Source of the DNA: Firmicutes bacterium HGW-Firmicutes-9
GTDB lineage: Bacteria > Bacillota > Clostridia > Christensenellales > CAG-138
Length of the DNA stretch: 64,000 bases
Assembly: GCA_002841395.1 (NCBI GenBank)
Contig: PGZM01000002.1
Span: forward strand, 68,201 to 132,200
Reading direction: 5' to 3'
Below, in pieces: positions 1 to 9,720 of the stretch. The notes under the pieces are model-generated. The model saw only the letters and a list, made by a program, of their open reading frames with translations. It was not told the DNA's origin and made no database searches. A program made the translations under genes and the position numbers. The stretch's first letter is position 1. Every line of letters starts with the position of its first letter.

Positions 1-171
1 CAACACCCCACTATATTTTTTTTGCCCTTGTGGAGCTGATTTGCCTTGTTTTCATCGTGATTCAGGCAAAAAAGTGGCCTAAAACGACGTAATGCAGGAT
101 GGTACTTAAGGCTACAAAAGTTAAAAAATGCATAACAAAGCTTACTATACAAATTTTGAAGGAGAATTTTT

Positions 172-858
172 ATGAAACCCACGAAGAAAACCGCTCGCGT
201 TGCGGGCTTGATGTTCCTACTGATGGTCGTCTCCGGCCTGTTCGCAGAACTGTTCTTCCGCCAGGAGCTGTTTACCGCAGATGCGGCACAGACCGCCGCA
301 AACATCCTGCAAAACACGTTGCTCTTCCGCGCCGGAATATTAAGTGATATCATCATGTCAATGAGCTATCTGCTCACGGCGCTGATGCTCTACAAACTGC
401 TCCGCAGTGTCTCGGAAGACAAAGCGCGTCTGATGGTGCTGTTTGCCGCAGCAGGCAGCGTGATTTTGATGCTGAACATTCTCAACGAGTACATGCCGCT
501 CGTTTACGCAACCGCGCAAGCAGGCGCACTCAGCACGCCGCAGCTTGGCGAGCTTTCCGCGCTCAGCTTCGCCGCTTACAACAACGGCTATATGATCGGC
601 CAGGTGTTCTTTGCGCTGTGGGTGTTGCCGCTGGGTCAGTTGATCTGCCGCTCGAAGTTCATTCCGAAGGTGTTCGGCATTCTGTTCATCATCGAGGCGG
701 TTTGCGGTCTGCTCGCCGTGGTCGCGTACTTCCTGTTGAACAGCACGACGATCGCAACCATACTGCTGATTCCGTGCACGGTCGCAGAGTTTGCGTTCCT
801 GTTCTGGTTGCTGATCGCGGGCATCAACGAGAAGAAGGTTTCTGCCGCGCAGGCATAA
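172..858 (+). CDS. DUF4386-like integral membrane protein
   Basis: 228-aa ORF with a GAAGGAG RBS about 8 nt before the ATG. The profile is multi-TM. The N-terminus MKPTKKTARVAGLMFLLMVVSGLFAE resembles DUF4386 proteins (family call from memory). Confidence 0.6.
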   Translation: MKPTKKTARVAGLMFLLMVVSGLFAELFFRQELFTADAAQTAANILQNTLLFRAGILSDIIMSMSYLLTALMLYKLLRSVSEDKARLMVLFAAAGSVILMLNILNEYMPLVYATAQAGALSTPQLGELSALSFAAYNNGYMIGQVFFALWVLPLGQLICRSKFIPKVFGILFIIEAVCGLLAVVAYFLLNSTTIATILLIPCTVAEFAFLFWLLIAGINEKKVSAAQA

Positions 859-892
859 ACTTCAACAAAAATCATATAGGCGGAGGACGACG

Positions 893-1804
893 ATGGACGG
901 ACGATACATCCTTGGCGTTAGCGCCGCGATCATATCCGGCGCGCTCTTCAACATCGGCACACTGATGCAAAAGCTCGCTGTGATGGAGCGCAAATCGGAC
1001 GCGGGGCTGATGAAGAAACTCGTCCGTTCGCCAAAGTGGATCGCAGGATTTTTAATTCAGCTTGCGCTCGGCTCTCCGCTGAACCTGATCGCGCTGGGGT
1101 TGATCGGACCCGTAATCGTGCCGGGGCTTTCGTCCGTTGGCCTTGTCGTGCTTGCGCTGGGCGCGGTGCGGTACGCAAGCGAGCGCTTTCGCGCAGGGGA
1201 AATCGCGGGAGTCGTGCTCGTGATGGCGGCGGTGACGTTATTTGGGCTGGGGCAGATGTCTGTCGATCTGCACGCAGCCGGAATCTATGAGACTGCGTTT
1301 CTCGCGCGGCTCGGGTGGTTTTCCGCGGTGCTGGTGTTGCTCTGCGTTGGGTGTTATATGGCGCAGAAGCGGCGTCCGCAGTGGGCGGGCGTGCTCCGTA
1401 CGCTGGACGCGGGGCTGCTGCTCTCAATCTGCAACCTCTGGCTCGGTGTGCTGACGGTTGTTCTGTTCGATTGGGCACAGGCGCGTTTTTCACTTACGTT
1501 GCTTCCACTTGTCCTGCTTGGCTCTGCGGTTACCGGAACGACAGGCATGCTCGCCATCACAGAAACACAGCGCGCGTTTGCGCTTGGGGAAGCTTCCAAA
1601 CTGATTCCGATTCAATACGTGCCGTCGCAGATCGTTCCGGTGCTTGCATACTATCTCGTGTTTCACCTGCGTCCGCAAAACACGCTTACCTTGCCGTTGA
1701 CGCTGAGTGCAGTCGGTTGCGTGCTGTTGGGTGCGTTACTGCTCGCGGGGCGGCAGATGGCACAGGAGCCGGAGCAAATGAATTCTTCAATACAACATGG
1801 TTGA
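893..1804 (+). CDS. Multi-pass membrane protein, DMT-superfamily / NIPA-like transporter (tentative)
   Basis: 303-aa ORF with a GGAGGA RBS. It has about 9 hydrophobic segments and a Gly-rich first TM (ISGALFNIGTLMQK). The function call is weak. Confidence 0.5.
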   Translation: MDGRYILGVSAAIISGALFNIGTLMQKLAVMERKSDAGLMKKLVRSPKWIAGFLIQLALGSPLNLIALGLIGPVIVPGLSSVGLVVLALGAVRYASERFRAGEIAGVVLVMAAVTLFGLGQMSVDLHAAGIYETAFLARLGWFSAVLVLLCVGCYMAQKRRPQWAGVLRTLDAGLLLSICNLWLGVLTVVLFDWAQARFSLTLLPLVLLGSAVTGTTGMLAITETQRAFALGEASKLIPIQYVPSQIVPVLAYYLVFHLRPQNTLTLPLTLSAVGCVLLGALLLAGRQMAQEPEQMNSSIQHG

Positions 1805-1815
1805 TACGCTGTAAA

Positions 1816-1848
1816 CAAAAAAACGCCCGCGTCAGCGGGCGTTTTGTG
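1816..1848. terminator. Bidirectional intrinsic terminator between convergent genes
   Basis: Stem AAACGCCCGC / GCGGGCGTTT with loop GTCA, flanked by an A-run and a T-run. Confidence 0.7.
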
Positions 1849-1860
1849 CGGCTTGGTTTG

Positions 1861-2517
1861 TTAGAACGGGCTGGCCGGAGCGTTCGGGTTGAGGAACGCA
1901 ACCGCTTTGCCGAGGATGCGTACATTGGAGCCCGCGCGCATGACGACAGGCGCATACGTTGGATTCTCCGCCATGAGCACAATCTGGTTTTCGTTCTTAT
2001 ACACGCGGCGTAGGGTCAGCGCGCCGTCGAGCAGCACGACCGCAACCTCATGGCTGCGCACATCCTCCATCATGCTGGCGTAGACGATGTCTCCGTCGTT
2101 GATGTTGAGCTTCTTCATGCTGTCGCCGGTGAAGCGTAGCGTGAAATCACAGCGGATGTTTTGCGGCACTTCGTCATAGCAGGCAACGTTTTGTTCGTCC
2201 AGCAGGGGAAAGCCTTTGACGCTGCGATAGATGCGCGGCTTGACGATCGAGGTCGGCAGCGCGGTGATCTGACCTGCTTTCGGGGTCACGCTGGGGTAGG
2301 CGCGGCGCGTCTCCTCGTCGATGATCAGATAATCGACCGTAACGTCAAAGAAGCGCGAGAGTTTGATCAGCGTGGAACGCTTGATATTCTCCGTGCCTTT
2401 TTCATAGAAGTTGACAATCGTCATATATGGGATGCCGGATAGGCGGGAAAGCTGAGATTTATTGATGCCCCGTTCGGACATGAGGATGTCTAGCTTTTCG
2501 GTCATCGTCATGGTCAT
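1861..2517 (-). CDS. XRE-HTH / S24 peptidase (LexA/CI-like) self-cleaving repressor
   Basis: ORF 1861..2742 trimmed to the ATG at 2517 (MTMTEKLDILMSERGINKSQLSRLSGIPYMTIVNF = HTH). The C-terminus carries the S24 motif GDSM (FTGDSMKKLNINDGDIV) and a later Lys (ILGKAV). The 75 codons upstream look non-coding. Confidence 0.8.
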   Translation of the reverse strand: MTMTMTEKLDILMSERGINKSQLSRLSGIPYMTIVNFYEKGTENIKRSTLIKLSRFFDVTVDYLIIDEETRRAYPSVTPKAGQITALPTSIVKPRIYRSVKGFPLLDEQNVACYDEVPQNIRCDFTLRFTGDSMKKLNINDGDIVYASMMEDVRSHEVAVVLLDGALTLRRVYKNENQIVLMAENPTYAPVVMRAGSNVRILGKAVAFLNPNAPASPF

Positions 2518-2578
2518 GTACCCCGTAACAAGTTTCTGCATAAGAACGCATACGGTTTTAGGCTGTGCGACTAGTGCC

Positions 2579-2607
2579 ATCATAACGGATAAAATGGCAA
2601 AAGGCAA
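2579..2607 (-). promoter_or_regulatory. Sigma-70-type promoter of the S24 repressor gene
   Basis: The minus strand reads TTGCCT-17 nt-TATGAT. It overlaps a 20-nt motif that is shared with the divergent yegP promoter. Confidence 0.45.
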
Positions 2608-2643
2608 GCATTTTCTACCATACAGCGTAGGATTTTTTGCGAT

Positions 2644-2664
2644 TTTGTTCAAACTTTGTTCAAA
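2644..2664. repeat. Tandem 11-bp-period direct repeat TTTGTTCAAA x2 in the divergent control region
   Basis: TTTGTTCAAA occurs at 2644-2653 and at 2655-2664, separated by one C, midway between the two divergent promoters. Confidence 0.6.
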
Positions 2665-2818
2665 TATGGTTTCAAAATTATGAACACCACAATATATAGT
2701 GGCTGAGTAATTTTGCGTGAATTTCAACACTCTACCGTGCAAGGTATCAAAAACCGCACCACGGGTACAATCCGATTGTGAACAATCTTGACTTTGCGCC
2801 GCTGTGACCCGCGCTTGC

Positions 2819-2847
2819 TTGCATTTTATCCGTAAAGATGGTATGGT
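2819..2847 (+). promoter_or_regulatory. Candidate promoter of the yegP-like gene
   Basis: TTGCAT-17 nt-TATGGT with TG upstream of the -10, located 24 nt upstream of the ATG region. Confidence 0.4.
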
Positions 2848-2870
2848 AACAAAAAACGGAGGCGATTGCT

Positions 2871-3236
2871 ATGGGCAAATATGTCATCAAACAAAGCAAG
2901 ACAGGACCGTATTTCGTACTCAAGGCTGCAAACGGCGAACCGATTGGAACGTCGGAAGTATATTCCTCCGAAGCCGCGGCAAAAAACGGTATTGAGAGCG
3001 TGAAAAAGAACGCTGCGGTGGCGCAGATTGAAGACCAGACCGTCGAAGGCTGGAAAAATCTGACCAACCCCGTGTTCGAACTCTATAAGGACAAAAAAGG
3101 CGAGTTCCGCTTCCGCCTGCGCGCAAAGAACGGCGAACCGATTCTTTCGTCCGAAGGATATTCCGCAAAGGCTTCTGCCATCGGCGGTATCGAGAGCGTA
3201 AAGAAAAACGCGGATTCTGACGTAGTCAGCGAGTAA
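2871..3236 (+). CDS. YegP/DUF1508 family protein (two tandem DUF1508 repeats)
   Basis: 121 aa with a GGAGG RBS. There is an internal duplication: KAANGEPIGTSEVYSSEAAAKNGIESVKKNA versus RAKNGEPILSSEGYSAKASAIGGIESVKKNA. Confidence 0.85.
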   Translation: MGKYVIKQSKTGPYFVLKAANGEPIGTSEVYSSEAAAKNGIESVKKNAAVAQIEDQTVEGWKNLTNPVFELYKDKKGEFRFRLRAKNGEPILSSEGYSAKASAIGGIESVKKNADSDVVSE

Positions 3237-3265
3237 AGCTACCAACTAAAAAGCATCTGTATATC

Positions 3266-3305
3266 AATGCGACGGCATACGAAACGTATGCCGTCGCATT
3301 TCTGA
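3266..3305 (+). terminator. Intrinsic terminator after yegP-like gene
   Basis: 16-bp stem AATGCGACGGCATACG / CGTATGCCGTCGCATT with loop AAA, followed by a T-rich tail. Confidence 0.7.
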
Positions 3306-3350
3306 ACTTTTAAAGCGATCGAACCCAAATCATATGCGCTGGAGGAAGCC

Positions 3351-4529
3351 ATGATTACCTTTCTTTCCAAACTACTGATCAAAGACCACAAAAACTTTTC
3401 ATCGCCTACTGTGCGTTTGCGCTACGGCATGCTTTGCGGCGCAGTCGGCATCTTTTTCAATATCCTGCTCTTCACGGGAAAGCTCATCGCGGGTATGGTG
3501 ACAAAGAGCATCGGCATTACGGCAGACGCGTTTAACAACCTCTCCGACGCGGGCAGCGCGACCATCACGCTCGTTGGATTCCGCCTTTCCGAACAGAAAG
3601 CGGACAAGGAGCACCCCTTCGGGCACGGCCGGTTTGAATACATCGCGGGACTCATCGTCTCTATGGCGATTCTGCTGATGGGGTTTGAGCTGGCAAAAAC
3701 TTCCATTGAGAAAATTCTGCATCCCGAGCCGATTGTGTTCTCGTTTCTCGCGCTCGGTATGCTTGTTATTTCTATATTAACAAAGCTATATATGTTCTTC
3801 TATAACCGCGGCATCGGCAAAAAGATCGATTCCGCGGCGATGCGCGCAACCGCGATGGACAGCTTTTCGGACGTGACCGCAACCAGCGTCGTCCTGCTCT
3901 CTATGCTGATCGGCAAATGGACGGGGTGGATGATCGACGGTTACGCGGGCCTTGCGGTCGCGCTGTTCATCGGCTATACCGGCATCCGCGCGGCGAAAGA
4001 GACGGTCAGCCCGCTGCTCGGCCAGCCGCCCACAAAAGAGTTTGTCGAGGAGATTGAGCGCATTGTGCTGGCGCATGACGGCGTGATCGGCGTGCATGAT
4101 CTTGTGGTGCACGATTATGGCCCCGGCAGACGAATGATCTCGCTGCACGCGGAAGTACCCGCAGACGGCGATATGATCCATCTGCACGACGCGGTCGACA
4201 ATCTTGAAAAATTATTACGGAAAGAATGCGGCTGCGAAGCCGTGATCCATATGGATCCCGTCGAAACCAACAACCAGGAGACCAACCGCCTCCGCACCGA
4301 AACAGAGAAGATTTTAACGAGCCTGGACGAGCGGCTGACGCTGCACGATTTTCGCGTGGTGGCGGGGCCCACGCACACGAATCTGGTGTTCGATGTGGTC
4401 GTACCGTTCGGCCTTCCCAAGTCGGATGAAGCGGTGAAGAAAGAGATTTCCGAACGAATCCACGCGATGGATAAAAAATACTACGCGGTGATCGAGGTAG
4501 ACAAATCCAGCATCCGCATAGAGGAATAG
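3351..4529 (+). CDS. Cation diffusion facilitator (CDF) family metal efflux transporter
   Basis: 392 aa. Motifs ADAFNNLSDAGS and EHPFGHGRFEYI, six TM segments, and a C-terminal cytoplasmic domain. Confidence 0.9.
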   Translation: MITFLSKLLIKDHKNFSSPTVRLRYGMLCGAVGIFFNILLFTGKLIAGMVTKSIGITADAFNNLSDAGSATITLVGFRLSEQKADKEHPFGHGRFEYIAGLIVSMAILLMGFELAKTSIEKILHPEPIVFSFLALGMLVISILTKLYMFFYNRGIGKKIDSAAMRATAMDSFSDVTATSVVLLSMLIGKWTGWMIDGYAGLAVALFIGYTGIRAAKETVSPLLGQPPTKEFVEEIERIVLAHDGVIGVHDLVVHDYGPGRRMISLHAEVPADGDMIHLHDAVDNLEKLLRKECGCEAVIHMDPVETNNQETNRLRTETEKILTSLDERLTLHDFRVVAGPTHTNLVFDVVVPFGLPKSDEAVKKEISERIHAMDKKYYAVIEVDKSSIRIEE

Positions 4530-4581
4530 CGAAACGCTGTTGCGCATCGCATCGAATTGAGAGACAAAGGAGCACGAGATT

Positions 4582-6384
4582 ATGCTGACAAAATGGGGTC
4601 AAGCCCTCGATAAAACGAACGTATTGCCGGAGTATCCGCGCCCGCAGTTCCGCAGAAGCAACTGCGAGATTCTCAACGGAGAATGGGACTATGCCATCAC
4701 GGCGCTGACCCAGCTTGTGCCGCCGGAACGGTTTGAAGGAAGCATTCTCGTGCCGTTTTCACCGGAGAGCGAACTTTCCGGCGTCGGGCGGACGCTCAAA
4801 CCCAACGAATGCCTGTGGTATCGGAAGCAGTTGGAAGCGCCGCTGGGCTTTGACGCAAACACGGAGGATCTGATTCTCCACTTTGGCGCGGTCGATCAGT
4901 TTGCGGAGGTGCGACTCAACGGCGTCACGCTGATGCATCACGCGGGCGGCTTCCTGCCGTTCTCCGTGGTACTGAGCGATACCTTCGTCAACGGCATTCC
5001 CAACGAGCTCGTCGTCCGCGTGCGGGATGAATCGGACACAGCCTCCTGGTCTCGCGGCAAACAGAGCAGCAAACCCGGCGGTATCTGGTATACGCCGCAG
5101 AGCGGCATCTGGCAGACGGTTTGGCTGGAGCGCGCGCCGAAGCGGCGCATCGAAACCGTCGTGATCACGCCGCAATTTGATCAGAGCGCGGTGGACCTCA
5201 CCGTTTGGACCAACTGCGGCGGCGCGGGCGTGCTGAACCTGCTCGGTAACGAAACCGTCTTTGTCAGCGGTACGCCGCTCAGGCTTTCGATGGAAGGTTT
5301 CACACCGTGGACACCCGAGGATCCGAAGCTCTACGAGTTTACGATGACGTTTGAGCGTGATTTCGTCGAGAGTTATTTTGCGATGCGCAAATGTGCTGTC
5401 GAGCGCGACGAAGCGGGCGTTCCACGGCTGTTTCTCAACAATGAGCCATATTTTCACAACGGCGTGCTCGATCAGGGCTACTGGCCGGATGGTCTCTTAA
5501 CCCCGCCGAGCGATGAGGCGATGGTGTATGACATCGAGCTGATGAAGTCACTGGGCTTCAACACCCTCCGCAAACACATCAAGATCGAACCGCTCCGCTG
5601 GTATTATCATTGCGACCGGCTTGGCATGCTTGTCTGGCAGGACATGGTCAACGGCGGCGGCAAATATAAAACCGGCACGATCACGCTGCCGCTGATCTTC
5701 GGCAACGCGCATAAGGACAGCGACTACGCCTACTTTGCGCGCGAGGAAGTGCGCGGGAGAGAGGCGTATTACCGCGAGCTGCACGAGACGGTCTCGCTGC
5801 TTTACAACAGCCCGAGCATCGTAATGTGGGTGCCGTTCAACGAAGGTTGGGGTCAGTTTGACGCAAACAAAGCGGTGGACGCAATCCGTTCGATCGACGC
5901 CACGCGCACGATCGACCACGCAAGCGGATGGCACGATCAAAAGGGTGGAGACGTTAAGAGCCTGCATGTCTACTATAAAGCTTATCGCTATAAGGGCGAT
6001 TCTTACGGACGCGCGGAAGTGCTGAGCGAGTTTGGCGGATACAGCCATCATATTCCCGAGCACAGCTTCTCACAAAAGGAGTTCGGCTATAAGCGCTTGC
6101 CGTCGAAAGAAGCGTTGACGCAGGCGTTTGAAAAGCTCTACGCGCGCGAAGTGATTCCCGCAAAGGCGAAAGGATTGTCTGCCGCGATCTATACGCAGCT
6201 ATCCGACGTTGAGCAGGAGACAAACGGCTTTGTGACCTATGATCGCGCGGTGGTGAAGATGGATGAAGAGCGCGTGCGTGCCGTCAACGCGCAGTTGAGC
6301 GACGCAAAGCAGGCGGTTGCGGATACGGCGCAAACGGTTTCCGAAGTGACGAGCGAACCAGCCGCGGAGCAGCCGGAAGCATAA
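4582..6384 (+). CDS. Glycoside hydrolase family 2 protein (beta-galactosidase/beta-glucuronidase-like)
   Basis: 600 aa. N-terminal EYPRPQFRR...LNGEWDY, a sugar-binding/Ig/TIM-barrel order, and NEGWGQF around the catalytic Glu. Confidence 0.85.
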   Translation: MLTKWGQALDKTNVLPEYPRPQFRRSNCEILNGEWDYAITALTQLVPPERFEGSILVPFSPESELSGVGRTLKPNECLWYRKQLEAPLGFDANTEDLILHFGAVDQFAEVRLNGVTLMHHAGGFLPFSVVLSDTFVNGIPNELVVRVRDESDTASWSRGKQSSKPGGIWYTPQSGIWQTVWLERAPKRRIETVVITPQFDQSAVDLTVWTNCGGAGVLNLLGNETVFVSGTPLRLSMEGFTPWTPEDPKLYEFTMTFERDFVESYFAMRKCAVERDEAGVPRLFLNNEPYFHNGVLDQGYWPDGLLTPPSDEAMVYDIELMKSLGFNTLRKHIKIEPLRWYYHCDRLGMLVWQDMVNGGGKYKTGTITLPLIFGNAHKDSDYAYFAREEVRGREAYYRELHETVSLLYNSPSIVMWVPFNEGWGQFDANKAVDAIRSIDATRTIDHASGWHDQKGGDVKSLHVYYKAYRYKGDSYGRAEVLSEFGGYSHHIPEHSFSQKEFGYKRLPSKEALTQAFEKLYAREVIPAKAKGLSAAIYTQLSDVEQETNGFVTYDRAVVKMDEERVRAVNAQLSDAKQAVADTAQTVSEVTSEPAAEQPEA

Positions 6385-6482
6385 CGCAGGGAATCCGTTT
6401 GGCAATACAGTCGTGTTCAGGTTGCGGCAGCTTTCCCGCCTAAGGTATAATGAAGTAACGATTTTAGTTAGGCGGTGATGAT

Positions 6483-7661
6483 ATGGACAAAGTTCTCAAA
6501 CGGCATAAGCGGGTGTTTGTGTTCTTACGGACGCTGGTAAGCGGAACTTTAAAGCGCATCTATCGGTTCCATCCGGAGAAAGCAGACGTCGGCAAAGGAC
6601 CGTTCCTGATCACCGCAAACCACAACGGAAACCTCGATCCCGCGCTGCTTGCGCTGAGTTTTTCGGAGCACATGTATTTCGTTTCCAGCGAGCATGTCTT
6701 CCGCAAGAAGTTTGTTTCGTGGCTGTTGATCTACTTTTTTGGACCGATTGCGCGTCTCAAGGGCATGACCGACGCAACAGCCGCGCTGAACGTTATCCGG
6801 CATGTTAAAAAGGGCACGAACGTTTGCCTCTTTGCAGAGGGGAACCGTTCTTACAACGGCGTAACCGGGCCGATCTTTCCCGCGACAGGCAAGCTCGCCA
6901 AAGCAACCGGCGCACCGCTGATCACCTATCGGTTCGAAGGCGGTTATCTGACCTCGCCGCGCTGGAGTAAGTATTCGCGCAAGGGATATATGCGCGGCTA
7001 TGTGGTCAACGTCTACACGCCCGAACAGCTGAAGCAGATGACGCCGGACGAGGTCAACGACCATATCCGTGCGGATATCTGGGAAGACGCGTTTGAACGA
7101 CAAGCGATCAAACCCATCGAATTCAAGGGCAAGAACCTGGCGGAAGGGCTTGAAAAGGCGTTCTATTTTTGCCCGAAGTGCGGCAAAACGGGAACGCTGC
7201 ACAGTGAGGGAGATGTGTTCTCCTGCACCTGCGGCATGCGCGTGCGATACAACACGCTTGGATTCTTTGAGAAAGTTTCCCCAAGTGATTCGGAACCGAT
7301 TTTCACCACGACCCGTGACTGGGATTTCTGGCAGAACAAACGCATTTTGGAGTATGCAGACTCCCTTGCAGACGACGAGATTGCGTATTCGGATGAAGAC
7401 GTCATGCTCATCGCAGTCGGCGCAAAGCATAAGGACAGCGTCGCAGAGATCGGCAAGCTCTCTATCAGCAAGAAGGAACTCTCGGTCGGGAGTCATCGTT
7501 TCCCGCTGGATCGCGTGAGCAGCATGGGGCTGGTCGGCGTATACAAGATGCTATTCTCCATGGACGGAAAGTCATATGAGCTGCGCGCGGCGAAAACGCC
7601 GTATTGCGGCAGAAAATACTTCACGTTTTACGAGCTCCTCAAGAACAGACCGGAAAATTGA
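6483..7661 (+). CDS. Lysophospholipid (PlsC-type) acyltransferase family protein with an internal Cys4 ribbon
   Basis: 392 aa. HX4D motif ANHNGNLDP, FAEGNRS block, and CPKCG...CTCG. Confidence 0.8.
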   Translation: MDKVLKRHKRVFVFLRTLVSGTLKRIYRFHPEKADVGKGPFLITANHNGNLDPALLALSFSEHMYFVSSEHVFRKKFVSWLLIYFFGPIARLKGMTDATAALNVIRHVKKGTNVCLFAEGNRSYNGVTGPIFPATGKLAKATGAPLITYRFEGGYLTSPRWSKYSRKGYMRGYVVNVYTPEQLKQMTPDEVNDHIRADIWEDAFERQAIKPIEFKGKNLAEGLEKAFYFCPKCGKTGTLHSEGDVFSCTCGMRVRYNTLGFFEKVSPSDSEPIFTTTRDWDFWQNKRILEYADSLADDEIAYSDEDVMLIAVGAKHKDSVAEIGKLSISKKELSVGSHRFPLDRVSSMGLVGVYKMLFSMDGKSYELRAAKTPYCGRKYFTFYELLKNRPEN

Positions 7662-7666
7662 TCCTT

Positions 7667-7696
7667 AAAAAAGCGGCGGCAACGCCGCTTTTTTTG
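7667..7696 (+). terminator. Intrinsic terminator
   Basis: AGCGGCG-GCAA-CGCCGCT followed by T7. Confidence 0.8.
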
Positions 7697-7837
7697 TGTA
7701 AAACAGCATTGTAAAGTATCCAGATCACACATCAAAAATATATAAAGAAAAATCGCAACAAATTTTACAATTCGGTAGGAATTTCGCCATAGTTCTGATA
7801 AGATGATACTTGTGGGAAAATTTGAGGGAGTGAAAAA

Positions 7838-9595
7838 ATGACGATTTTTGATTTGTTATCAATGGTTGGTGGATTATCACTGTTCCTGTACGGCATGCAC
7901 CTGATGAGCTCTTCTCTGGAGAGCATGTCCGGCGGCGTGCTGGAGCGGGCGTTGGAGCGGTCGACCAGCAGCAAATGGAAAGCGCTCTTGCTTGGTACGG
8001 TCGCAACCGCGATCATCCAGAGCTCGTCGGCAACGACCGTTATGGCGGTTGGCTTTGTCAACGGCGGCATCATGACGCTCAATCAGGCAGTCGGCATCAT
8101 CATGGGCGCCAACATCGGAACGACGGCAACGGCGTGGATTTTGAGCTTGACCGGTCTACAAGGGTCATCGCTCATCGTACAATTGCTCAAGCCGACATCG
8201 TTTGTTCCCGTTCTTGCAGTCATCGGCGTCATCATGGCGATGTTCTCCAAGAAACAGAAAAAGAAAATTATCGGCGGCGTGCTCTGCGGCTTTGCGGTAC
8301 TGATGTACGGCATGCACATCATGTCCAGCGCTGTGAAACCGCTGGCTGACATGCCGGAGTTTGTAAGCATCATGACGCGGTTCAGCAACCCGATTCTGGG
8401 TGTGCTGACCGGCGCTGTCATCACCGGTGTGATCCAGAGTTCGTCTGCTTCGGTCGGTATTTTGCAGGCGTTGTCCTTAACGGGCGGCGTGACCTACGGC
8501 ATCGCGATCCCGATTATTATGGGTCAAAACATCGGCACTTGCGTAACCGCGCTGCTCTCCTGCATCGGAGCCGGCAAAAACGCAAGGCGCACAGCGATGG
8601 TGCACCTGTATTTCAACATCATCGGAACCGTATTCTTCCTGGCGTTGTTCTATACGCTCAATGCGTTCATGCGCTTTACGTTCTTGGATGACGTGCTGGA
8701 TCCCGCGCATATCGCGATCATCCATACGTCGTTCAACCTGATGGCGACTGCGATTCTGTTGCCCGCGTCGAACCTTCTCGTCAGGCTTGCAAAGTTCACG
8801 ATTCGCGACAAGCAGGTCAAGGAAGAAAAATGGCCGCTGGACGAACGTTTTCTGGATTTGCCGTCCTTTGCGTTGGAGCAGGTTCGAAACGTTATGGCGC
8901 GCATGGCGACGCTTTCGCGCGATACGCTGTTGATGGCGCTTGAAACCTTAGAAAAGTATGACGAAAAGAAAATCGAGCAAATCGTTGCAAATGAGGACGA
9001 GATCGACAAGTATGAAGACCGCCTCGGCACCTATCTCGTGCAGTTGAGCACGCGCCAGATCGTGGAGAAGGACAGCAACGAAATCGGCATGTTCCTCCAC
9101 ATGATCGGCGACTTTGAGCGCATCAGCGACCACGCGGTCAACCTCACCGAAGTTTCGCAGGAGATGCACGACAAAAAACTTTCGTTCTCCGAAGCTGCAA
9201 CGACCGAAATTCGCGTGTTCAGCGATGCATTGCGCGAGATTCTCGATAACGCGTTCGACGCCTTCCTGAAGGAAGATCTTGAGGAGGCTCGCCTTGTTGA
9301 GCCGCTGGAGGAAGTCATCGACGCACTTCAGGCCGAAATCCGCGCGCGCCACGTGGTGCGTCTGCGCGAAGGTGTCTGCACCATCGAGCTTGGTTTTGTG
9401 CTCTCCGACCTGCTGACGAATATGGAGCGCGTGTCTGACCATTGCTCCAACATCGCAGCGACGCTGATTCAAACCAAGAACGAAACGTTTGACATGCACA
9501 GCTATCTGCAGTCTGTCAAGGCGGCGGACGGAGACGAAGCCTTCACCGCGCATGTGAAAGAATACTCCGAAAAATACGCGCTTCCGACCGCGTAA
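7838..9595 (+). CDS. Na/Pi cotransporter family protein with C-terminal PhoU-like repeats
   Basis: 585 aa. Duplicated QSSSAT/QSSSAS motifs in the TM region and a PhoU-like helical C-terminus. Confidence 0.9.
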   Translation: MTIFDLLSMVGGLSLFLYGMHLMSSSLESMSGGVLERALERSTSSKWKALLLGTVATAIIQSSSATTVMAVGFVNGGIMTLNQAVGIIMGANIGTTATAWILSLTGLQGSSLIVQLLKPTSFVPVLAVIGVIMAMFSKKQKKKIIGGVLCGFAVLMYGMHIMSSAVKPLADMPEFVSIMTRFSNPILGVLTGAVITGVIQSSSASVGILQALSLTGGVTYGIAIPIIMGQNIGTCVTALLSCIGAGKNARRTAMVHLYFNIIGTVFFLALFYTLNAFMRFTFLDDVLDPAHIAIIHTSFNLMATAILLPASNLLVRLAKFTIRDKQVKEEKWPLDERFLDLPSFALEQVRNVMARMATLSRDTLLMALETLEKYDEKKIEQIVANEDEIDKYEDRLGTYLVQLSTRQIVEKDSNEIGMFLHMIGDFERISDHAVNLTEVSQEMHDKKLSFSEAATTEIRVFSDALREILDNAFDAFLKEDLEEARLVEPLEEVIDALQAEIRARHVVRLREGVCTIELGFVLSDLLTNMERVSDHCSNIAATLIQTKNETFDMHSYLQSVKAADGDEAFTAHVKEYSEKYALPTA

Positions 9596-9720
9596 GCATC
9601 AAACAATAACACAATAGCACTTGCAAATCGGCGTGAAAGTCTTTACGATAGACGAAACGCCGATTTGTTTCTTGTATACAATACAGTTTCAAATCAGGAA
9701 TCTTAGCAAGAGGTTACGTT

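Noticed and set aside
1861-2742. Full 293-aa version of the repressor ORF.
   Set aside because: The first 75 codons cover AT-rich promoter and operator DNA. The homology-like sequence starts at MTMTEKLD (ATG at 2517), downstream of a good promoter at 2579-2607.
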